From the NCBI GenBank assembly GCA_964016885.1, contig OZ024742.1, positions 368,900,001 to 368,964,000 on the forward strand: a stretch of DNA of 64,000 nt. The letters run 5' to 3'. The position numbers and the translations under genes are program-made. The notes beneath the pieces are model-generated. The model was not told where the DNA came from. It was given only the letters and a program-made list of their open reading frames with translations, and made no database searches. Origin of the DNA: Eledone cirrhosa (Eukaryota). Each line of letters begins with the position of its first letter. Position 1 is the stretch's first letter. Shown piece after piece: positions 1-13,614 of this stretch.

Positions 1-193
1 TTGAAATCATAGATAGTGGATTTCATTAAAAATGGTACGTGATATTGGAGAGTTAGGTTTGTTAATTCCAACAGGATAAACAAACACATGTTAAGCAGTT
101 AACAATAGAGCTTCTAATAGTAAAAACGGCTGCTAATTATATAACAACCAAAAGAACATTCTTCAGAGGATATAAGAAATTTGATGTAAAATA

Positions 194-443
194 TTGACCC
201 TTTTGTTACCATATTTCTATTAAAATTTATTGATTTTCAAGAGATTTTGAAAATAATTTTTAAAATTGATGTATTTAGCAAACTAACTTTCTCATTATTA
301 AGTTAGTGTGTAGAACATTAAGAAATGGTTCTTATGAAAAAAATTATAAACGAAGGATTTTAAATATAAAGTTAATCACTTTAAAAAAAATGGTTCTTCT
401 TGAGAGAACCAGAGCTAGGTTTGGTTGGTATCAGAAATATTAA
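194..443. mobile_element. piggyBac-like (TTAA) MITE, family A, decayed
   Basis: Starts ttga-cccttttgttaccatatttct and ends ttggtatcagaaata-ttaa. Both ends match, in reverse complement, the ends of the TTAA-bounded 66-bp element at 28160-28225. Confidence 0.55.
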
Positions 444-616
444 AAGATAAAAAAGTAAATAATGAATAGAATAAAAATAACAAAAAGGTTTATTTTGTTT
501 TCAATCTGTCAAATTCTACCAATGTTGGTTTAATTTAAGTCAATAAAATGTCAGGTGGTAACACCTGTTGATATAACAGCCAGATAATGGAATATAAGGT
601 GAACAACTGTAAAGCA

Positions 617-3600
617 GAGTACAATCTAAACGACACCAAACTACAGTATAGAGTACAGTCTACATGACAACACACTACAGTATAGAGTACAGTCACATGA
701 CACCACACTACAGTATAGAGTAGTCTACATGACACCACACTACAGTATTGAGTACAGTCACATGACACCACACTACAGTATAGAGTAGTCTACATGACAC
801 CACACTAGAGTATAGAGTACAGTCTACATGATACCAGACTACAGTATAGAGTAGTCACATGACACCACACTACAGTACAGTTCACATGACACCACACTAC
901 AGTACAGTCACATGACACCACACTACAGTATAGAGTAGTCACATGACACCACACTACAGTACAGTCCACATGACACCACACTACAGTACAGTCACATGAC
1001 ACCACTACAGTATAGAGTAGTCTACATGACACCAGACTACAGTACAGTCACATGACACCAGACTACAGTATAGAGTAGTCACATGACACCACACTACAGT
1101 ACAGCCCACATGACACCACACTACAGTATAGAGTACAGTCTACACGACACCACACTACAGTATAGAGTAGTCACATGACACCACACTACAGTCACATGAC
1201 ACCACACTACAGTATAGAGTATAGTCTACATGACACCACACTACAGTATAGAGTACAGTCACATGACATCACACTACAGTATAGAGTACAGTCTACATGG
1301 CACTATACTACAGTATAGAGCAGTTCACATGACACCACACTACAGTATAGAATACAGTCTACATTACACTACACTACAGTATAGAGTACAGTCTGCATGG
1401 CACTATACTACAGTATAGAGCAGTTCACATGACACCACACTACAGTATAGAATACAGTCTACATTACACTACACTACAGTATAGAGTAGTCACATGAAAT
1501 ACTAGCGTATAGAGTACAGTCTACATGACACGATACTACAGTATAGAGTACAGTTTACATGACACCACACTACAGTATAGAGTACAGTCACATGACACCA
1601 CACTACAGTATAGAGTACAGTCCACATGACATCACACTACAGTATAGAGTACAGTCCACATGACATCACAATGCAGTATAGAGTAGTCTACATGGCACCA
1701 CACTACAGTATAGAGTACAGTCTACATGACATCACACTAGAGTATAGAGTAGTCTACATGACAGACTAGAGTATAGAGTACATTCTACATGACATCACAC
1801 TAGAGTATAGAGTAGTCTACATGACAGACTAGAGTATAGAGTACAGTCTACATGACAGACTACAGTACAGTCTACATGACACCACACTACACTATAGAGT
1901 AGTCACATGACACCACACTACAGTATAGAGTACAGTCACATGACACAACACTACAGTATAGAGTACAGTCACATGACACCACACTACAGTATAGAGTAGT
2001 CACATGACACCACACTACAGTATAGAGTACAGTTTACATGACACCACACTACAGTATAGAGTACAGTCACATGACACCGCACTACACTATAGAGTAGTCA
2101 CATGACACCACACTACAGGATAAAGTAGTCTACATGGCACCACACTACAGTCCACATGACACCACACTACAGTATAGAATACAGTCTACATTACACTACA
2201 CTAGAGTATAAAGTACAGTCACATGACAAACTTGAGTATAGAGTACACTCTACATGACAGACTAGAGTACAGTCTTCATGACACCACACTTCACTGCAGT
2301 ATAGAGCAGTCTATATGACAACACACTACACTAGTCCACATAACACCACACTACAGTATAGAATACAGTCTACATTACACTACATTAGAGTATAGAGTAG
2401 TGACATGACAGACTAGAGTATAGAGTACAGTCTACATGACATACTAGAGTACATGACACCACACTACCGTATAGAGTAGTCACATGACACCACACTACAG
2501 TATAGAGTACAGTCTACATGACACCACACTACAGTATAGAGTAGTCACATGACACCACACTACAGTATAGAGTACGGTCCACATGACACCACACTTCACT
2601 ACAGTATAGAGCAGTCCACATGACACCACACTACAGTATAGAATACAGTCTACATTACACCACACTTCACTAGTTACACTACACTACAGTATAGAGTACA
2701 GCCTACATGACACTGCACTACAGTATAGAGTACAGCCTACATGACACTGCACTACAGTATAGAGTACAGCATACATGACACTGCACTACAGTATAGAGTA
2801 CTGTCACATGATACCACATTACATTATAGAGTACAGTCACATGACACCACACTACAGTATAGAGTAGTCACATGACACCACACTACAGTATAGAGTACAG
2901 TCACATGACACCACACTACAGTATAGAGTACAGCCTACATGACACTGCACTACAGTATAGAGTACAGCCTACATGACACTGCACTGCAGTATAGAGTAGT
3001 CACATGACACCACACTACAGTATACAGTACAGTCACATGACACCACACTACAGTATAGAGTACAGTCACATGACACCACACTACAGTATAGAGTAGTCAC
3101 ATGACACCACACTACAGTATAGAGTAGTCACATGACACCACACTACAGTATAGAGTACAGTCACATGACACCACACTACAGTATAAAGTAGTCACATGAC
3201 ACCACACTACAGTATAGAGTACAGTTTACATGACACCACACTACAGTATAGAGTACAGTCACATGACACCACACTACACTATAGAGTAGTCACATGACAC
3301 CACACTACAGGATAAAGTAGTCTACATGGCACCACACTACAGTCTACATGACACCACACTACAGTATATAATACAGTCTACATTACACTACACTAGAGTA
3401 TAAAGTACAGTCACATGACAAACTTGAGTATAGAGTACACTCTACATGACAGACTAGAGTACAGTCTTCATGACACCACACTTCACTGCAGTATAGAGCA
3501 GTCTATATGACAACACACTACAGTATAGAGTAGTCACATGACACCACACTACAGTATAGAGTACAGTCACATGACACCACACTACAGTATAGAGTACAGC

Positions 3601-4725
3601 CTACATGACACTGCAGTATAGAGTAGTCTACATGACACTGCACTACAGTATAGAGTACAGCCTACATGACACTGCACTACAGTATAGAGTACAGCCTACA
3701 TGACACTGCACTGCAGTATAGAGTACAGTCACATGACACCACACTACAGTATAGAGTACAGTCACATGACACCACACTACAGTATAGAGTACAGTCACAT
3801 GACACCACACTACAGTATAGAGTAGTCACATGACACCACACTACAGTATAGAGTACAGTCACATGACACCACACTACAGTATAGAGTACAGTCACATGAC
3901 ACCACACTACAGTATAGAGTACAGTCACATGACACCACACTACAGTATAGAGTAGTCACATGACACCACACTACAGTATAGAGTACAGTCACATGACACC
4001 ACACTACAGTATAGAGTAGTCACATGACACCACACTACAGTATAGAGTAGTCACATGACACCACACTACAGTATAGAGTACAGTCACATGACACCACACT
4101 ACAGTATAGAGTACAGTCACATGACACCACACTACAGTATAGAGTAGTCACATGACACCACACTATAGTATAGAGTACAGTCACATGACACCACACTACA
4201 GTATAGAGTACAGTCACATGACACCACACTACAGTATAGAGTACAGTCACATGACACCACACTACAGTATAGAGTAGTCACATGACACCACACTATAGTA
4301 TAGAGTACAGTCACATGACACCACACTACAGTATAGAGTACAGTCACATGACACCACACTACAGTATAGAGTACAGTCACATGACACCACACTACAGTAT
4401 AGAGTAGTCACATGACACCACACTACAGTATAGAGTACAGTCACATGACACCACACTACAGTATAGAGTAGTCACATGACACCACACTACAGTATAGAGT
4501 AGTCACATGACACCACACTACAGTATAGAGTACAGTCACATGACACCACACTACAGTATAGAGTACAGTCACATGACACCACACTACAGTATAGAGTAGT
4601 CACATGACACCACACTATAGTATAGAGTACAGTCACATGACACCACACTACAGTATAGAGTACAGTCACATGACACCACACTACAGTATAGAGTACAGTC
4701 ACATGACACCACACTACAGTATACA
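617..4725. repeat. 31/33-bp minisatellite, about 125-130 copies
   Basis: Unit cacatgacaccacactacagtatagagta(ca)gt, read directly. It is degenerate on the left and homogeneous from about 3700. Confidence 0.97.
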
Positions 4726-4738
4726 GAACATAATCAAG

Positions 4739-4967
4739 TTAACCTGTTACCATTCACATTACTCTATATATAGTATTACATTTTCATGGTAAAGGCTTTA
4801 CTTTACATAAATATCTCACATAATATCGCATCTATGAGATTTTGATATTTTTTATTTTGAGAACAATACCTTAACATAAGTATGAGCAGCCAGTTACAGG
4901 TGGTTTAAACAGAAGGAAGTGAGAGAATGCTGGCTGGATACGGCCAATTTAAATGCTAAAATATTAA
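4739..4967 (-). mobile_element. piggyBac-like (TTAA) MITE, family B
   Basis: TTAA at both ends. Aligns in reverse complement along its full length with 60013-60236 (ttaaccctttagca...ggtaatgggttaa). Confidence 0.7.
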
Positions 4968-5019
4968 GTTGAGTCAATAAGATCCATGAGTATGTTCAGA
5001 AAATTGTTGGCTATTGCAT

Positions 5020-5210
5020 AATAATGTTTCTACTATTGGCACAAGGCCAGCAATTACCCAGTGTATTACTGGTACTTTATTTTATCGAACCCGTAAGGAT
5101 GAAAAGCAAAGTTAACTTCGGCGGGATTTGAACTCAGATCATAAAGGGCCGTAACTCTCTGCTGCAAAGCATGGCGGCAGACCCTCTACCGATACTGCCA
5201 ATCCACTGCC
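5020..5210 (-). mobile_element. tRNA-derived SINE, family 1
   Basis: Minus strand has an A-box-like head (ggcagtggattggcag), a B-box (gagttcaaatccc), the core actttgcttttcatccttacggg and an ATT-rich tail. Several copies occur in the window. The core resembles the Meta/MESC SINE domain (from recollection, unverified). Confidence 0.85.
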
Positions 5211-5225
5211 ATATTTCTATGTCAA

Positions 5226-5332
5226 ATAATTGTTTCTACTTTTGGCACAAGGCCAGCAATTACTCAGTGTATTACTGGTACTTTATTTTATCGACCCTGT
5301 AAGGATGAAAGGCAAAGTTAACTTCGGCGGAT
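5226..5332 (-). mobile_element. SINE family 1, head-truncated copy
   Basis: Near-identical to the 3' half of 5020-5210; it stops before the B-box. Confidence 0.8.
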
Positions 5333-5630
5333 GGAAGATAATGTAAATAGGAGCCTTTTAGAAATGTGAAGTGGTGGGCAAAAGAGAAGACTGCACTGGT
5401 GTCGACATGTGGTGAACATGGATGGTGATTATTCAGTGAAGAAGTGCCAGGAAATCCCAGTGGAAGGAAGCCACAGTCGAGGTAGACCAAGGAAGACCTG
5501 GGCAGAGGTGTTGAGAGCTGATCTCAAATTGCTGAGATTCACAGAGGAGATGAAGAAATGCAGTGGTGAAACGAACCTATGCAACCCACAAGAACATGGA
5601 AAAACAGATGGCGACAGCAATGATGGGTAG
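5333..5630 (+). mobile_element. RTE LINE 3' fragment
   Basis: Translates RRLHWCRHVVNM..KKCQEIPVEG..RGRPRKTWAEVLRADL, homologous to the C-terminus of the RTE at 20304-20792. Confidence 0.85.
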
Positions 5631-6147
5631 TGTTGTTTCATAGAATTGAAAGGAGGTTTTCATCAAACTAGTATGAAAAGGGTTACAGTAGAGTTACAAT
5701 AACTACACAAACACAGAGGAAGAGCTAAGGATATTTTATTTTCTGATCAACAATTTTCTGAGCAACAATCAATAAAAGCTCGATCAAAAAAAGAAAAGCA
5801 AGAAAAAAGAAAGCGAGAAAGCAGAAATTGTTAGGAACTTTCCAAAATAAATATATCAAGGAAATAATCAGCAATAAGATCAAAAGACAGCTGAATGTTA
5901 TATTGAAGTTCAATACAAGAGAGATGTTTAAAAAGAAAACACAGAGATACAATAGCAGAGCTTTGATACCATCTGACAAATATTTTAGATGCCAGTATAT
6001 TCTAAAACTTAGAAAAACACTGAATACAAGAGAAAAAAAACAACCTTTCTACAGAATTGCAAAGATTCTTGTGAAACTTAATCAACTGAAGAGCTCGTAG
6101 TATGGTACCACCAAACAACCTTTCATATTTACAAATACATGTCTGTA

Positions 6148-6710
<563 letters not shown>

Positions 6711-6789
6711 TAATAATAATAAATTTGAAGACTAAAATCCAAAGAGGGCTCAATAAGGATAAATATATATCAAATATATAAGAACCGTA

Positions 6790-7025
6790 GAATATTAGTC
6801 TACGACTTCTTTTATACCATAAACATGGTTTGTCTTTGCGTGTAATTGTTTTTTCCCATTCTTTGCCAGGGAACATGTCCACGAACCAAAGTATCGTCTT
6901 CCTGTCTTCCTCTGGTTGCAATGTTTTTTGAAATATTCACTTCTGCGTTCACAGATTGACTTTGTTAGTTTCAGAAGAACCCGTTAAGGGTGAAAGCAGT
7001 GATTCTTTGCATAAACTTTAATCTG
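6790..7025 (-). mobile_element. highly decayed RTE-like LINE fragment
   Basis: Minus-strand frames give LKFMQRITAFTL and GHV..RM, resembling RTE C-terminal motifs, with frameshifts. Confidence 0.4.
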
Positions 7026-7028
7026 TTA

Positions 7029-7059
<31 letters not shown>

Positions 7060-7164
7060 GTATACATTTTTATGTGTATGTGTGCCCAAACACACACACA
7101 CAGATATACATATGTCTACATATATTATCAATAGCACTAATATAGCATGATACATGAAGGGATG

Positions 7165-7214
7165 TATACGAAGGCATATACTATATGTTTACATATAGTA
7201 TATGCCTTCGTATA
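7165..7214. repeat. perfect 24-bp inverted repeat with 2-nt spacer
   Basis: tatacgaaggcatatactatatgt TT acatatagtatatgccttcgtata. Confidence 0.95.
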
Positions 7215-7384
7215 ATAAACATATATATTAGTCTAGCTATGAATATTCTAAGCTGGGATCATGTCACAGTTATCTCAGTGCCTAGTTCATATGTGAGAAT
7301 GCCAGACACATACTTCTGTACTGTTACCTGTCATTGGTGACGGTACTAAGACAAGAATACTCTATGGTATGACGGTCATGTTCC

Positions 7385-10300
7385 TGTCACTGGTACAGCC
7401 AGTAGGTGGGGTGCCACTGGTACAGCTAGTAGTTGGGGTGTCACTCTAGATGTGCCACTGGTACAGCCAGTTGTTGGGGTGCCACTCTAGATGTGCCACT
7501 GGTACAGCTAGTAGTTGGGGTGTCACTGGTACAGCCAGTTGTTGGGGTGCCACTCTAGATGTGCCACTGGTACAGCTAGTAGTTGGGGTGTCACTGGTAC
7601 AGCCAGTAGTTGGGGTGTCACTGGTACAGCCAGTAGTTGGGGTGACACTGGTACAGCCAGTTGTTGGGGTGCCACTCTAGATGTGCCACTGGTACAGCCA
7701 GTTGTTGGGGTGCCACTGGTACAGCCAGTTGTTGGGGTGCCACTGGTACAGCCAGTTGTTGGGGTACCACTCTAGATGTGCCACTGGTACAGCCAGTAGT
7801 TGGGGTGTAATTCTAGATGTGCCACTGGTACAGCCAGTAGTTGGGGTGCCACTCTAGATGTGCCACTGGTACAGCCAGTAGTTGGGGTTCCACTCTAGAT
7901 GTGCCACTGGTACAGCCAGTAGGTGGGGTGTCACTCTAGATGTGCCACTGGTACAGCCAGTAGTTGGGGTGTCACTCTAGATGTGCCACTGGTACAGCCA
8001 GTAGTTGGGGTGCCACTCTAGATGTGCCACTGATACAGCGAGTAGCTGAGGTGACACTCTAGATGTGCCACTGATACAGCCAGTAGTTGGGGTGACACTC
8101 TAGATGTGCCACTGGTACAGCCAGTAGTTGGGGTTCCACTCTAGATGTGCCACTGATACAGCCAGTAGTTGGGGTGCCATTCTAGATGTGCCACAGATAC
8201 AGCCAGTAGTTGGGGTGTCACTCTAGATGTGCCACTGGTACAGCCAGTAGTTGGGGTGCCACTCTAGATGTGCCACAGATACAGCCAGTAGTTGGGGTGC
8301 CATTCTAGATGTCCCACAGATACAGCCAGTAGTTCGGGTGCCACTCTAGATGTGCCACTGATACAGCCAGTAGTCGGGGTGCCACTCTAGATGTGCCACT
8401 GGTACAGCCAGTAGTTGGGGTGTCATTCTAGATGTGCCACTGATACAGCCAGTAGTTGGGGTGTCACTCTAGATGTGCCACTGATACAGCAAGTAGTTGG
8501 GGTGCCACTCTAGATGTGCTACTGGTACAGCCAGTAGTTGGGGTGCCACTCTAGATGTGCCACTGGTACAGCCAGTAGTTGGGGTGTCATTCTAGATGTG
8601 CCACTGGTACAGCCAGTAGTTGGGGTGTCACTCTAGATGTGCCACTGATACAGCAAGTAGTTGGGGTGCCACTCTAGATGTGCCACCGGTACAGCCAGTA
8701 GTTAGGGTGTCACTCTAGATGTGCCACTGATACAGCCAGTAGTTGGGGTCCCACTCTAGATGTGCCACTGGTACAGCCAGTAGTTGGGGTGCCACTCTAG
8801 ATGTGCCACTGGTACAGCCAGTAGTTGGGGTGCCACTCTAGATGTGCCACTGGTACAGCCAGTAGTTGGGGTGTCATTCTAGATGTGCCACTGGTACAGC
8901 CAGTAGTTGGGTGTCATTCTAGATGTGCCACTGGTACAGCCAGTAGTTGGGGTGCCACTCTAGATGTGCCACTGATACAGCCAGTAGTTGGGGTGTCACT
9001 CTAGATGTGCCACTGATACAGCCAGTAGTTGGGGTGTCACTCTAGATGTGCCATTGGTACAGCCAGTAGTTGGGGTGCCACTCTAGATGTGCCACTGATA
9101 CAGCCAGTAGTTGGGGTGTCACTCTAGATGTGCCACTGATACAGCCAGTAGTTGGGGTGACACTCTAGATGTGCCACTGATATAGCCAGTAGTTGGGGTG
9201 ACACTCTAGATGTGACACTGGTACAGCCAGTAGTTGGGGTCCCACTCTAGATGTGCCACTGGTACAACCAGTAGTTGGGGTGCCACTCTAGATGTGCCAC
9301 TGATACAGCCAGTAGTTGGGGTGACTCTCTAGATGTGCCACTTGTACAGCCAGTAGTTGGGGTGTCATTCTAGATGTGCCACTGGTAGAGCCAGTTGTTG
9401 GGGTGCGACTCTAGATGTGCCACTGATACAGCCAGTAGTTGGGGTGTCACTCTAGATGTGCCACTGATACAGCCAGTAGTTGGGGTGTCACTCTAGATGT
9501 GCCACTGATACAGCCAGTAGTTGGGGTGACACTCTAGATGTGCCACTGATACAGCCAGTAGTTGGGGTGCCACTGATACAGCCAGTAGTTGGGGTGCCAC
9601 TCTAGATGTGCCACTGGTACAGCCAGTAGTTGGGGTGTCATTCTAGATGTGCCACTGATACAGCCAGTAGTTGGGGTGTCACTCTAGATGTGCCACTGAT
9701 ACAGCAAGTAGTTGGGGTGCCACTCTAGATGTGCCACTGGTACAGCCAGTAGTTGGGGTGCCACTCTAGATGTGCCACTGGTACAGCCAGTAGTTGGGGT
9801 GTCACTCTAGATGTGCCACTGGTACAGTCAGTAGTTGGGGTGTCACTCTAGATGTGCCACTGGTACAGCCAGTAGTTGGGGTGCCACTCTAGATGTGCCA
9901 CTGATACAGCGAGTATCTGAGGTGACACTCTAGATGTGCCACTGATACAGCCAGTAGTTGGGGTGCCACTCTAGATGTGCCACTGATACAGCCAGTAGTT
10001 GGGGTGCCACTCTAGATGTGCCACTGATACAGCCAGTAGTTGGGGTGACACTCTAGATGTGCCACTGGTACAGCCAGTAGTTGGGGTGCCACTCTAGATG
10101 TGCCACTGGTACAGCCAGTAGTTGGGGTGCCATTCTAGATGTGCCACAGATACAGCCAGTAGTTGGGGTGCCACTCTAGATGTGCCACTGATACAGCCAG
10201 TAGTTGGGGTGCCACTCTAGATGTGCCACTGGTATAGCCAGTAGTTGGGGTGACACTCTAGATGTGTCACTGGTACAGCCAGTAGTTGGGGTGCCACTCT

Positions 10301-11000
10301 AGATGTGCCACTGATACAGCCAGTAGTTGGGGTGCCACTCTAGATGTGCCACTGGTACAGCCAGTAGTTGGGGTGCCACTCTAGATGTGCTACTGGTACA
10401 GCCAGTAGTTGGGGTGCCACTCTAGATGTGCCACTGGTACAGCCAGTAGTTGGGTGTCATTCTAGATGTGCCACTGGTACAGCCAGTAGTTGGGGTGCCA
10501 CTCTAGATGTGCCACTGATACAGCCAGTAGTTGGGGTGTCACTCTAGATGTGCCACTGATACAGCCAGTAGTTGGGGTGTCACTCTAGATGTGCCACTGA
10601 TACAGCCAGTAGTTGGGGTGTCACTCTAGATGTGCCACTGATACAGCCAGTAGTTGGGGTGTCACTCTAGATGTGCCACTGATACAGCCAGTAGTTGGGG
10701 TGTCACTCTAGATGTGTCACTGGTACAGCCAGTAGTTGGGGTGCCACTCTAGATGTGCCACTGATACAGCCAGTAGTTGGGGTGCCACTCTAGATGTGTC
10801 ACTGGTACAGCCAGTAGTTGGGGTGCCACTCTAGATGTGCCACTGATACAGCCAGTAGTTGGGGTGACACTCTAGATGTGTCACTGGTATAGCCAGTAGT
10901 TGGGGTGACACTCTAGATGTGTCACTGGTACAGCCAGTAGTTGGGGTGCCACTCTAGATGTGTCACTTGTACAGCCAGTAGTTGGGGTGCCACTCTAGAT
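7385..11000. repeat. 41-bp minisatellite, about 90 copies
   Basis: Unit ctctagatgtgccactggtacagccagtagttggggtgcca, with shorter variants at the left end. Confidence 0.97.
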
Positions 11001-11160
11001 ACTGTTGCAGCCATCACCACTGGTCTCTATTTTCCATAATACATAGAAGGGTCTCGATGTAGGGATCAGTCCAGTTTTTGATGTTGTCAGACCAGTTCTA
11101 CACCGCTTCTTCACTCTCGACTGTGTCCTGAAGGATGGTATTTAGACAAGAAGTGGTGTA
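10990..11160 (-). mobile_element. RTE LINE 3'-terminal remnant between two arrays
   Basis: Minus strand translates TILQDTVE..NWSDNIKNWT..IETLL..MENRDQW, matching the RTE C-terminal pattern KTILQGTVEG..W.DNIKEWT..DR..W. Confidence 0.8.
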
Positions 11161-12048
11161 ATATAGGACCCTACCAGGCAAGGAGTTATGGTGTAATATA
11201 GGACCCTACAAGACAAGGAGTTGTGGTATAATATAGGACCCTGCCAGGCAAGGAGTTGTGGTGTAATATAGGACCCTACCAGACAAGGAGTTGTGGTGAA
11301 ATATAGGACCCTACCATGCAAGGAGTTGTGGTGTAATATAGGACCCTACAAGACAAGGAGTTGTGGTGTAATATAGGACCCTACCAGACAAGGAGTTGTG
11401 GTGTAATATAGGACCCTACCAGACAAGGAGTTGTGGTGAAATATAGGACCCTGCCAGACAAGGAGTTGTAGTGTAATATAGGACCCTACCAGGCAAGGAG
11501 TTATGGTGTAATATAGGACCCTACCAGACAAGGAGTTGTGGTGAAATATAGGACCCTACCAGGCAAGGAGTTGTGGTGTAATATAGGACCCTACAAGACA
11601 AGGAGTTGTGGTGTAATATAGGACCCTACAAGACAAGGAGTTGTGGTGTAATATAGGACCATACCAGACAAGGAGTTGTGGTGTAATATAGGACCCTACA
11701 AGGCAAGGAGTTGTGGTGTAATATAGGACCCTACCAGGCAAGGAGTTATGGTGTAATATAGGACCCTACCAGGCAAGGAGTTGTGGTGTAATATAGGACC
11801 CTACCAAGCAAGGAGTTGTGGTGACATATAGGACCCTACCAGGCAAGGAGTTGTGGTGAAATATAGGACCCTTACAGGCAAGGAGTTGTGGTGAAATATA
11901 GGACCCTACCAGACAAGGAGTTGTGGTGTAATATAGGACCCTACCAGGCAAGGAGTTGTGGTGTAATATAGGACCCTACCAGGCAAGGAGTTATGGTGTA
12001 ATATAGGACCCTACAAGACAAGGAGTTGTGGTGAAATATAGGACCCTA
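11145..12048. repeat. 35-bp minisatellite, about 26 copies
   Basis: Unit ggaccctaccagacaaggagttgtggtgtaatata. Confidence 0.97.
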
Positions 12049-12110
12049 GGAAAGTTTCCTCATATTGTTAATACATTTACAAATAAAAGAAACTGGGGGT
12101 GCTCATTTGC

Positions 12111-12300
12111 ATTGTTTCTACTTTAGGAACAAGGCCAGCAATTATCCCAGTGTATTACTGGTACTTTATTTTATCGACCCTGTAAGGATGAAAGGCAAAG
12201 TCAACCTCGGCGGGATTTGAACTTAGATTATAAAGGGCCGTAACTCTATACTACAAAGCATGGCGTCCGACCCTCTACCGATACTGCCAATCCACCGCCC
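12111..12300 (-). mobile_element. SINE family 1, full length
   Basis: Same head, B-box, core and tail as 5020-5210 and 61209-61391. Confidence 0.88.
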
Positions 12301-12589
12301 GTTGCATATAATGCTAGCTTGACAGGCTAGGATTAATTATTAGTAACACTAACATAGCGTCATTCCTAATAGAGGTGTATATGCAGACATATACTATTGT
12401 GTATGTATATTTATATACATCTCCTTATAATATATAACCAGCAATTTCTCTCTGTCTGTCCGACAGTGGAAACACGTGCGCGCGTGCAAATTTTTTTTGT
12501 ACACGCGACGCGTAGAGTGAGAGTGAAAGAAAGAGACAGACTACAAGAGGGGGATAGCGGGAGAGAGAGAGGGGGGAATTGAGGAGTGC

Positions 12590-12787
12590 TACAGAAACAT
12601 ATATACATTTCTGTGTGTGTGTAATATATATATACACACACAGAAATATATATATATACACACATAAATATATATACATTTCTGTGTGTGTAATATATAT
12701 ATATATATATATATATATAAACACACACACACACAGAAATATATATACATTTCTGTGTGTGTAATATATATATATACACACACACAG

Positions 12788-12847
<60 letters not shown>

Positions 12848-13065
12848 CACACACAGAAATGTACATATATTTCTGTGTGTGTGTGTGTTTATATATATAT
12901 ATATATATATATAACACACACAGAAATGTATATATATTTCTGTGTGTATATATATATATATATATATAACACACACAGAAATGTATATATATTTCTGTGT
13001 GTATATATATATATATATTACACACACAAATGTATATATATATACACACAGAAATATATATACAT
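12590..13065. repeat. self-complementary TA/CA minisatellite with an orientation switch
   Basis: Unit cacacagaaatatatatacatttctgtgtgtg lies left of the (TA)n run at 12790-12845. Its reverse complement (cagaaatgtatatatatttctg) lies to the right. Confidence 0.85.
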
Positions 13066-13304
13066 CCCTTAGCTACTGTACTGTATCTGTTGCTATCTCT
13101 CTCTCTCTCCAGCTATCCCTCTCTTTTAGTCTGTCTGTTTCTCTCACTCTCACTCTTTCTCTTTGTAACACATTAACATTCCTCCCCTCTATCGCTGTGA
13201 CGAATGGGGAGATGGAGGAGGAGGAGGAGGAGAGAGTCACTTCGTCACTTCACCTCTGCCTTTTTTTCTCTCCCCTCTCCCTCCCTCATTACGTACAGAC
13301 ATTA

Positions 13305-13497
13305 GGGCGGTGGATTGGCAGAATCTGTAGAGAGTCGGACACCATGCTTCATAGCATGGAGTTACGTCCCTTTACGGTCTGAGTTCAAATACCGCCGAGG
13401 TTAACTTTGCCTTTCATCCTCACGGGGTCGATAAAATAAAGTACCAGTAATGTACTGGGTAATTGCTGGCCTTGTGCCAAAAGTAGAAACAATTATT
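13305..13497 (+). mobile_element. SINE family 1, full length
   Basis: gggcggtggattggcag...gagttcaaataccgccgaggttaactttgcctttcatcc...gtagaaacaattatt. Confidence 0.88.
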
Positions 13498-13614
13498 AGA
13501 AACATTGCTTCATTTTTACATATCTAAGCATTAGTAAAATAACTAATAATTTCAAAAGTAATTTTTCAATTCCAATTGTTATGAACAGCAAAACATTAAT
13601 AATAATTTTGTTCC

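Noticed and set aside
617-4725. Possible RTE origin of the 33-bp unit (minus strand VVWCHV vs WYGHV)
   Set aside because: The similarity is short and neither flank shows RTE sequence.
5020-5210. tRNA gene
   Set aside because: A/B boxes are followed by a SINE core and tail and occur in many copies; no full cloverleaf is evident.
7326-7362. AG...GT-bounded segment as DENND4 exon 2
   Set aside because: It has an in-frame stop in the required phase and no similarity to the expected VLYE.KER sequence.
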